Source: a virus. Taken from it: a stretch of 59,842 nt of DNA. Positions 54,601 to 59,842 of this stretch are shown in pieces. Every line of letters begins with the position of its first letter. The stretch's first letter is position 1. Location of the stretch: the IMG/VR virus record IMGVR_UViG_3300049020_000015, positions 1 through 59,842 of that record. One strand, written 5' to 3'. A program made the position numbers and the translations under genes. Under the pieces are notes generated by a model. It was not told where the DNA came from. It ran no database searches and worked only from the letters and a program-made list of their open reading frames with translations.

Positions 54601-54873
54601 GATCCAACTGCAACGATATTAGGCACAAACGAAATTGGCGCTATTATATGGACAAGGAATAGCACAGGGAATTATACTGGTACGCTAACAGGCGCATTTA
54701 CGAATAATAAAACATGGCTCATATGTCAGAAGGGTGACGGCACCGGCAGTTTCGTTAATGCTTTATTATCCAGGAATAGTGACAACGCATTAACCTTAGA
54801 TGTAAGGGATAATGCCAATTCCGTGACTGATAGTTTCACTAATCTGTCAATAGAAATACGAGTATACCCGTAA
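51601..54873 (+). CDS. Large tail fibre/spike protein with SGNH/GDSL-esterase-like domain
   Basis: 1090 aa. SGNH-like blocks YIGTSIT, LGASGS, EFGTNE and PDIHPSD (about nt 52190-52760). G/S/T-rich repeats in the C-terminal half. Confidence 0.65.
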   Translation: MKALKSLEPKQQKTFRDKYLAVVFAVAALLISSIATAQLDSAKYSPINGYGFKYKRMVFDSVLMIPRSTSPHTPWRAGAIRYNAPDSTLQLWTGNQWNSILTGIGNGVDTAYMINDTLLLIETPDQNFMLAIPGRPRVDSIYRKAGQDSIYYSKNGVEYALKDSAGGEGGSSLDTTTIYQNINLKLNKLDTVTYETVGSDTLVYIGTSITVGTGTTSTQFRYSTWATRFLKRYGYGFKEWNLGASGSQLTHQIGNIPLKRPGLRLLVIEFGTNELNTSVDSATYRTNQITFIDTCIARGWSVSELAIISQMGSQYGAVGTVAQQRGMNFVDSTNCLSYGINYIDAWNPELTPGYTYIIQNPDIHPSDEQAMVLGEIVAGSISKMIQYNNEGNELVLDGRAQFGNAVIKNRKFIAAPQLLGIDSTGNVGVTTTLPANISTQGEMIMRGGLVLQGYGQRAEATQRNLTDYNSALDLYLGKGSRIIQNVGGFQSTLIPMATNGFASWGSNFSGGLNLDFQQTNINGPALITGRIEVGTNSYIQSAQGGDVSGNRIFTSEGGTGDMIFKNRISVGSTYWTMSKGVNGTEDMVMKLFPSGSLVKQSSGTLNEVGVSEFTVNSTTKGILIPRMSGSQRNAITVGKISGVSISNAGSGYTDGGYTNVTVSGGSGTGATFGVNIASGVITAVTLMNSGTGYLVGDVLSITTADVGGTGSGATITVTAVQEDGLLIFNNETHKPNWYNGVTGWQVPADSASAGGSTYTFINGLTESGGTAKLGGTLTQNTTIDGSSSYTTTYTGSRTSTNSSLIAENTSSGRGLTATSSTGIGVYGTGAVGLLGLSSSGTGVWAESTTGQAFYALSPYTDGAGVFISNPSSTNTTHTVLNLTRLSTSAGANNIAGALDFNINNTTAAGSVTTANRLISKLTTATSGSEVSQFEIWGVNSGSSAKKFSIAGNGQITADGYGSGTHTVTPATTPVYSSSGVIGERIAPKIYTALLSQSGTSDPTATILGTNEIGAIIWTRNSTGNYTGTLTGAFTNNKTWLICQKGDGTGSFVNALLSRNSDNALTLDVRDNANSVTDSFTNLSIEIRVYP

Positions 54874-54918
54874 TCATTATTCCTATCCTATGCATTACTA
54901 ACCCACAAACAAATTACT

Positions 54919-55650
54919 ATGCGAATTTTAATATTATTATTACTTCCGTTCGCGGCATTCAGTCAGAATATTCTATACTACGAATCGGCTGAAGGCGCCA
55001 CGCTGTTTGCGTCTAAGCTATCAGGTATAACAGCGACCAAACAAACGACCACCGTATACGGCATCACCATATCAAAGGATAAGCATTACGGCGGCTACCA
55101 GTCAGCCAGGTTCGAATTGCGCGATACCGACCCTATGAACAACAGCGGCACCCGTGCAGAGATCACTTTCCCTACAACCACCAACCTCAATCGATGGTAC
55201 TCATACGCGCTGTTATTTGATAGTGCTAATTATAAGAAAGATTTGAGTGATGAAGTAATTACGCAATGGCACCAGGGTGGTGGTAAGACGCCTGCACTCT
55301 GTTTAAGGACAAAGAATGACCGGTTGTATTTACGGGTAATGGGTAGTATATGGGTTGACCTTGGGCTTTTGGATAAGGGTAAATGGCACACATATGTGAT
55401 GCACATTAAGCATTCATCCGGCAGTGACGGGCTGGTTGAGATATGGAGGGATGGTATCAGGATACTTAGCCGAACAGGTCAGAACATGTATAGGGTAACG
55501 GGGGACATTAAAAACCCCAACTGGAAACTGGGGGTATATAAATCGTCCTGGAATTATAGCGAAACCACTGCGACCAACAAACGGGTATTATTTTTTGATG
55601 ATATAAAGATTGGCAACGAGAAAGCGACACTAAAGGAAATGACGCCTTGA
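54919..55650 (+). CDS. Secreted polysaccharide-lyase-like jelly-roll protein
   Basis: Signal peptide MRILILLLLPFAAFSQ. SARFELRDTD...TRAEITF...ITQWHQGGG...LVEIWRDG...NWKLGVYKSSW fits the Polysacc_lyase (heparin-lyase-I-like) pattern. Confidence 0.6.
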   Translation: MRILILLLLPFAAFSQNILYYESAEGATLFASKLSGITATKQTTTVYGITISKDKHYGGYQSARFELRDTDPMNNSGTRAEITFPTTTNLNRWYSYALLFDSANYKKDLSDEVITQWHQGGGKTPALCLRTKNDRLYLRVMGSIWVDLGLLDKGKWHTYVMHIKHSSGSDGLVEIWRDGIRILSRTGQNMYRVTGDIKNPNWKLGVYKSSWNYSETTATNKRVLFFDDIKIGNEKATLKEMTP

Positions 55651-55735
55651 TTAATTATACCGAAACCTCAATCCTGTACTAATTGAAATATTAACCTTGC
55701 CCGATACGTAGCTATTAATAGTGGGGGCAATTATT

Positions 55736-55927
55736 ATGAAACACGCAGATATGCACGATACTGGCATCGGCAATGTCTACATGACAATTGTAACAACCAT
55801 CTTATTTTTTATAGCCCGGTTTGCACTGAGCGATCTTGCGGCCATCGCTGCAATATTCGCTGGGGTTACAACAGGAGGCTATAATATTTATCGATTTATA
55901 AAAGACCGTAAAACTAAAACCCCGTAA
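55736..55927 (+). CDS. Holin candidate (2 TM)
   Basis: VYMTIVTTILFFIARFAL and LAAIAAIFAGVTTGGY, followed by a basic tail. ATG at 55736; the track GTG is at 55721. Confidence 0.5.
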   Translation: MKHADMHDTGIGNVYMTIVTTILFFIARFALSDLAAIAAIFAGVTTGGYNIYRFIKDRKTKTP

Positions 55928-55931
55928 AACT

Positions 55932-56228
55932 ATGCCTACAAAAATAAGCGCACAAGGAGCAACACGCCCTAGCCCAAAGTGGTGGCGTAACCTGGAACGC
56001 GGTATGTTGCTAATGCTGATACCGGCCGCAACTGTGATCATCCAAAGTTGGGGGTTTGCCGATGAGGCGTTAGCATTAAAGATCAACCTGATTGTTAATA
56101 CTGGTCTGACCGCTGTTATTAAGTTTATTGGCATGATGCTCGTTGATACAGAGGATAATTACGTATCAAACCTTTCGCAAAGCGATCAAAACAAAGTAGA
56201 GGTAAATAATCCACCTGTAAATCAATAG
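55932..56228 (+). CDS. Membrane protein (holin/antiholin candidate)
   Basis: Two hydrophobic segments (MLLMLIPAATVIIQSW; TGLTAVIKFIGMML). Confidence 0.5.
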   Translation: MPTKISAQGATRPSPKWWRNLERGMLLMLIPAATVIIQSWGFADEALALKINLIVNTGLTAVIKFIGMMLVDTEDNYVSNLSQSDQNKVEVNNPPVNQ

Positions 56229-56230
56229 GT

Positions 56231-56545
56231 ATGGAATTGCATATACATATCCATCATCACGGTGATGATAAACTGTTTACCGAAATCAAATCTATTAATT
56301 CAAAAATTGAAATCATGGGAGAGAAATTAGACGCCATCAAGGCGGAACTGTCAGCAATCAATGAATCAACTAACAACATTGCTGCAGACCTCGACAGGCT
56401 GGCTGGCCAAATCGCAGGCGGGTTAACAGCTGAAGAAGCTGATTCAGTTGTTGCTGATCTGAAAGCGACCTCTGACAAATTGAAAGCTATTGCAGCTATC
56501 AATCCTGAGACTACAGAGCCAACCGACCCAAACGCGAACTTGTAA
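56231..56545 (+). CDS. Hypothetical coiled-coil protein with His-rich N-terminus
   Basis: Begins MELHIHIHHHGDD; 104 aa. Confidence 0.65.
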   Translation: MELHIHIHHHGDDKLFTEIKSINSKIEIMGEKLDAIKAELSAINESTNNIAADLDRLAGQIAGGLTAEEADSVVADLKATSDKLKAIAAINPETTEPTDPNANL

Positions 56546-56586
56546 TCAAACAATCCCTGACCCGTAAGTCGGGGATTCCCTATACC

Positions 56587-57252
56587 ATGAAAAGATATTG
56601 GATAATTGGACTGCTGGTAGTCGCTGCAGGTTTCTTGCTGTGGCTTTTACTTAGAGATCCAAAACAGCCGGATAATCACAACTACCAGCACGACCAGGCG
56701 CAAACTGATTTAAAGATTGTCAGACAACAACGTGATTCAGGATTGAGGGTGATTGATAGCCTTAAGGGTGTCATTGAAAAGCGTGACATAGAGAAAGCAG
56801 AGCTTAACAACAAGTTGTCCATAACCCGCCACGACCTCGACAAAAGCGTCAACACCGCCCTGCGACTATCCAAAGAGATCAAAGCTATGAAAGACACCGC
56901 CCGTATGGCTGGTTGGGGCGATGATGAATGGGCGATAGTCAGGCGGGCAACGCTGGATAGCCTGACTGGTGAAGTGGGTAGCCTGGCCTATCTCTACCAG
57001 CAATACAAAGACTTCAGCGATAGCCTGACAGTAATCGTGTCGAAGAATGAGGTTGACTATAAGGCTGCGCTCGCTGAACAGAAACGGCTGTATGACAATC
57101 TGTATAGTAAATACGAACAACTGTACAAGTTATATGAACAGTTGTTCAAAGATTATAGCAGCGTTAAGAAGTCGGTGAGGCGAGAACGATTGAAAACAAA
57201 GATAGCGGCAGTGTTGGCGCTGGTTGCTGGTGGGGCGGCCATCATTAAATAA
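56587..57252 (+). CDS. Membrane-anchored coiled-coil protein (i-spanin-like candidate)
   Basis: N-terminal TM WIIGLLVVAAGFLLWLLL, a long coiled coil, and a C-terminal hydrophobic segment. Confidence 0.5.
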   Translation: MKRYWIIGLLVVAAGFLLWLLLRDPKQPDNHNYQHDQAQTDLKIVRQQRDSGLRVIDSLKGVIEKRDIEKAELNNKLSITRHDLDKSVNTALRLSKEIKAMKDTARMAGWGDDEWAIVRRATLDSLTGEVGSLAYLYQQYKDFSDSLTVIVSKNEVDYKAALAEQKRLYDNLYSKYEQLYKLYEQLFKDYSSVKKSVRRERLKTKIAAVLALVAGGAAIIK

Positions 57253-57253
57253 T

Positions 57254-57661
57254 ATGAATAAAACAATGTCTATGTTAAAGTATCTATACTTATTAATAAT
57301 ATTCCTTTCATCTTGTACAAAAAAAATTGAAGGTGATAAGCCCTCCGCAAGCAATCCCGCATTGGATTATTTTAAACCCGCATATATCATAACGTCTTCC
57401 GGGGGTTGCTACAATTCGAGTTTAAAGCTTAATAAAGACGGCTCTCACAACAACCAATGGTATAGGGACGAAATGAATTTTGATACTGTTATATTCATTG
57501 GAACTAATATACTTATGAAGCCTGTGTCCTATTATGATAGAACCTATTGGCATGATCCATTATTGCAATATAATATAGGCCAAGCTGGAGCACGAATAAG
57601 TATCTCAGGGGAAAGGCCGTCATTGAAGTTATTGATGTCAGGGCTTGTTAATGATAAATAA
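57254..57661 (+). CDS. Lipoprotein (o-spanin-like candidate)
   Basis: MNKTMSMLKYLYLLIIFLSSC carries a lipobox-like LSSC. The start lies 2 nt after the upstream stop. Confidence 0.5.
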   Translation: MNKTMSMLKYLYLLIIFLSSCTKKIEGDKPSASNPALDYFKPAYIITSSGGCYNSSLKLNKDGSHNNQWYRDEMNFDTVIFIGTNILMKPVSYYDRTYWHDPLLQYNIGQAGARISISGERPSLKLLMSGLVNDK

Positions 57662-57822
57662 CCGGCTAGTGATACTCTTTGAAATAAAAAAGCCCACCGC
57701 TTGAACGATGAGCTTTCAAATATTTTCACTGTGTCGAAGCGGTGAAATACCCAAGAAAAGAGGGCCATCAATATATGTGTCCCGAACCTGTTAAGAAAAC
57801 AAATTTAACGAAAAATAATTTT

Positions 57823-58059
57823 ATGTCAAACGAAAACAAATCATGGTTAGCAAAGTATTGGAAAGACTTATTACTGGTTATCACCGTAGCCTTTGTAGTA
57901 TTCTACGTAGCGGTATTCTCCGGCGTATGGGCTGACCGCAATTACAAAACCGATTTCTGGCCTAATTTCTTTAAATGGTCTGGTATCGTATTAGGCGTTG
58001 CGATAGTGGTAGGCTGGGTGATTGGCTGGACAAGTCAAAATAAACGCCCACGGCAATGA
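57823..58059 (+). CDS. Membrane protein (2 TM)
   Basis: ATG at 57823. LLLVITVAFVVFYVAVF and IVLGVAIVVGWVIGW. Confidence 0.55.
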   Translation: MSNENKSWLAKYWKDLLLVITVAFVVFYVAVFSGVWADRNYKTDFWPNFFKWSGIVLGVAIVVGWVIGWTSQNKRPRQ

Positions 58060-58454
58060 TCTCATACCTCCTCAACCAGCTGGCCTTAGCCGGCTTTAAC
58101 TTCATTAACAGCCGGATTGATGCTTACCGCATTCTTCACAATAAGAAGATTGCGCATGGTATCAACTTCGGCGCATATGCTTTATTCGTCGGTCTGCTGT
58201 GTTGGTTGGGAAGATATGAGTTGTGGGATATATTGTTATTCGCAATCTCAGCCTACTGCAACCGGCAATTCACCTTCGACATCCCGCTTAACCTTCGGCG
58301 TGGACTTGAATGGGATTATGTCAGTAAAGCCAACCCGCCAAAGTCAATTACCGATATAATAGAAATATGGTTGTTCGGCTATAATGGGCGGGCGCCGTTC
58401 CTGCTGTATGGTGTGATATGGGGGATATGTACGCTGATTAAAATATTAGGGTAA
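58056..58454 (+). CDS. Membrane protein (multi-TM)
   Basis: ATGA overlap; 132 aa, hydrophobic. Confidence 0.6.
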   Translation: MISYLLNQLALAGFNFINSRIDAYRILHNKKIAHGINFGAYALFVGLLCWLGRYELWDILLFAISAYCNRQFTFDIPLNLRRGLEWDYVSKANPPKSITDIIEIWLFGYNGRAPFLLYGVIWGICTLIKILG

Positions 58455-58524
58455 TTACCCTTTTCTGAATTTCTCTCCCGTTTAAACTATCCAAAAACGG
58501 TGGGGTAAGTACCCCTAAAATAAT

Positions 58525-59082
58525 ATGGCAGACTTCAAAACAGCCTACAAAATAACCATGGCCCATGAAGGTGACTATGCGAATAATCCCGCTGACACTG
58601 GCGGCGAAACCTGGCGCGGTATTGCACGCAATAAACACCCTGACTGGCCGGGGTGGGCGCTTGTTGACAAGGCGAAACACGGCGACTTTCCGGCGAATCT
58701 AAACAGCGTACCCAACCTGCAGAACCTGGTTGAAATGTTTTACAAGGTGAAATTTTGGGACTACCTGAAGCTCGATCAGGTAAACAACCAGAAGATCGCC
58801 AATGAACTGTTCGACACTTCCGTCAACATGGGGCAGGGGATAGCCGCATTGTTCTTACAGCGCTCATTAAACGTCTCAAACCGAAATGGGAAAGATTATC
58901 CTGACCTGCAGTTAGATGGCGCTATTGGGCCTGTCACAATCAATGCGCTGAATAATCACCCGAGACAGGAGCAGGTATTGAAGTTATTGAACACTTTGCA
59001 GGGGGCGAGGTATATAAGTATTTGTGAGGCGAATCCCAGTCAGGAGATATTTATGACGAGTTGGTTGAGTAGGGTGGGGTAA
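58525..59082 (+). CDS. Endolysin: GH108-type lysozyme with C-terminal peptidoglycan-binding (PG_binding_3-like) domain
   Basis: AYKITMAHEGDYANNPADTGGETWRGI is the GH108 N-terminal signature (catalytic E in HEG). Confidence 0.8.
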   Translation: MADFKTAYKITMAHEGDYANNPADTGGETWRGIARNKHPDWPGWALVDKAKHGDFPANLNSVPNLQNLVEMFYKVKFWDYLKLDQVNNQKIANELFDTSVNMGQGIAALFLQRSLNVSNRNGKDYPDLQLDGAIGPVTINALNNHPRQEQVLKLLNTLQGARYISICEANPSQEIFMTSWLSRVG

Positions 59083-59090
59083 AGCTCTAA

Positions 59091-59345
59091 TTAACGCCGT
59101 ACCACTTCGCGTGGCACTGGTCTTTTCGACTTAATTAGATAAGGCATAACCGATGTGTCACCGGGAATCATAAGGGCAATCGTATCAATAGCGACAGTGC
59201 TAAGAACTTCTTTCATTTCCTCGCGCGTCAGGTTGGTTTGGTAATAAACAACCGGTTTACGCTTCAATTGTTTATCCAATACTTTATTCTTAAAGTATAG
59301 AACGCCTATACAAATTAACAGGAAAACTATAATTGCATTTTTCAT
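59091..59345 (-). CDS. Small membrane-anchored protein
   Basis: N-terminal TM segment in MKNAIIVFLLICIGVLYF. It is the last gene of the leftward operon and converges on the endolysin gene. Confidence 0.6.
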   Translation of the reverse strand: MKNAIIVFLLICIGVLYFKNKVLDKQLKRKPVVYYQTNLTREEMKEVLSTVAIDTIALMIPGDTSVMPYLIKSKRPVPREVVRR

Positions 59346-59359
59346 AACTCTTTTTTAAA

Positions 59360-59402
59360 CCCTGCGGTTGCAGGGAATAGGGCGCCCCGGCGAGAGTCGG
59401 GG
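59360..59402 (-). terminator. Two GC hairpins between minus-strand genes (weak terminator or attenuator)
   Basis: CCCTGC-ggtt-GCAGGG at 59360-59375 and CCCCG-n8-CGGGG at 59385-59402. Only a short T run follows on the minus strand. Confidence 0.3.
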
Positions 59403-59407
59403 TTTAT

Positions 59408-59842
59408 TTATACACCAAATCTACGCGCCCCCATTTCAACAAGTTCAACCATGGTCTTAAAGTCGGTTTCAACGATGGTTCCAGGCTTCGGTTTCTCTTT
59501 TAGCTGTAAGAAAAACCTTTCCTTAACAACATCTTCAAAAACTGTCATATCAAACTCGTTATCGTTCTTTAACCCCAACAGCCTATTTGATATTATCATG
59601 TCGTTTACCCATAGCTTCAAGGCAGTTTGCAAATCCTTTAACCAACTAAGTTCACCATGAAGTTCAGGGTTTACAATATCAATGAGACTTTCAATGTAAT
59701 CAACTAGTATTGAGCCGGTGAGTGGATTTTTCAGCTTTAAGACGGTTCTAACTCGCCCTGTGAAAGACCGAACGAAAGGCTTGTATTTGCCTGACTGACC
59801 ATCTTTAATAATGTCATCCACTTTTTGTTCCGCTGCTGTCAT
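59408..59842 (-). CDS. Hypothetical protein (144 aa) immediately downstream of the XRE gene across the circular junction
   Basis: Complete ORF. Its ATG is at 59842, equivalent to position 127, and is 10 nt downstream of the stop of 138-392 on the circle. Confidence 0.7.
   Translation of the reverse strand: MTAAEQKVDDIIKDGQSGKYKPFVRSFTGRVRTVLKLKNPLTGSILVDYIESLIDIVNPELHGELSWLKDLQTALKLWVNDMIISNRLLGLKNDNEFDMTVFEDVVKERFFLQLKEKPKPGTIVETDFKTMVELVEMGARRFGV
59716..59842. repeat. Terminal overlap identical to 1-127
   Basis: Direct comparison of both ends. Confidence 0.95.

Larger units (their letters stand above)
1..59842. mobile_element. Complete circular temperate siphovirus-like phage genome (59,715 bp unique)
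   Basis: Integrase, repressor/Cro switch, replication, terminase, portal, protease, capsid, tape measure, fibres and lysis genes are all present. The termini are identical over 127 nt. Confidence 0.85.

Noticed and set aside
1-59842. CRISPR array, retron, DGR or group II intron
   Set aside because: No reverse-transcriptase-like ORF occurs in any frame. The only regularly spaced repeat array is the 11-bp iterons. No template/variable repeat pair was noticed near the fibre genes.

Overview
This window is a complete, circularly closed temperate tailed-phage genome. Bases 1-127 are identical to 59716-59842 (a 127-nt overlap), which leaves 59,715 bp of unique sequence.

Layout:
- A minus-strand lysogeny/accessory arm runs across the artificial junction (59091-59842 plus 138-1694).
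- A divergent tyrosine integrase (1973-3151) has repeat-rich attP-like DNA upstream.
- Three small membrane or secreted moron-like genes lie at 3200-4117.
- A divergent repressor/Cro-like switch lies at 4622-5530.
- The rest is one long plus-strand array, in this order:
  - small early genes;
  - an accessory cassette with a non-canonical tRNA-like element and roughly 1 kb of structured non-coding DNA (8380-9890);
  - tandem YopX genes;
  - a recombination/replication module: PD-(D/E)XK nuclease, DnaA-C-like protein, replisome organiser with internal 11-bp iterons, primase-helicase, and duplicated RuvC-like resolvases bracketing a cytosine-methyltransferase-like gene;
  - about 20 small unknown genes;
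  - terminase small and large subunits;
  - a ~7.8 kb glycosyltransferase/methyltransferase cassette inserted between terminase and portal;
  - portal, protease and HK97-like capsid;
  - siphovirus-type tail genes (1160-aa tape measure, 1090-aa fibre with SGNH-esterase-like blocks);
  - a secreted polysaccharide-lyase-like protein;
  - a long lysis region ending in a GH108-type endolysin.
- Four free-standing homing endonucleases (two HNH/NUMOD4, two GIY-YIG/NUMOD3) are scattered through it.

The integrase type, TAnnTTTG-like promoter boxes and the scarcity of Shine-Dalgarno sequences suggest a Bacteroidota host; this is inference.

The most interesting items are:
- the glycan cassette;
- the split tRNA-Gly-like element and its flanking structured RNA regions;
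- a rod-like RNA with an alternative terminator next to the repressor gene;
- the resolvase duplication around a methyltransferase-like gene that lacks motif I.

All functional calls come from motif recognition by eye. No database search was possible.
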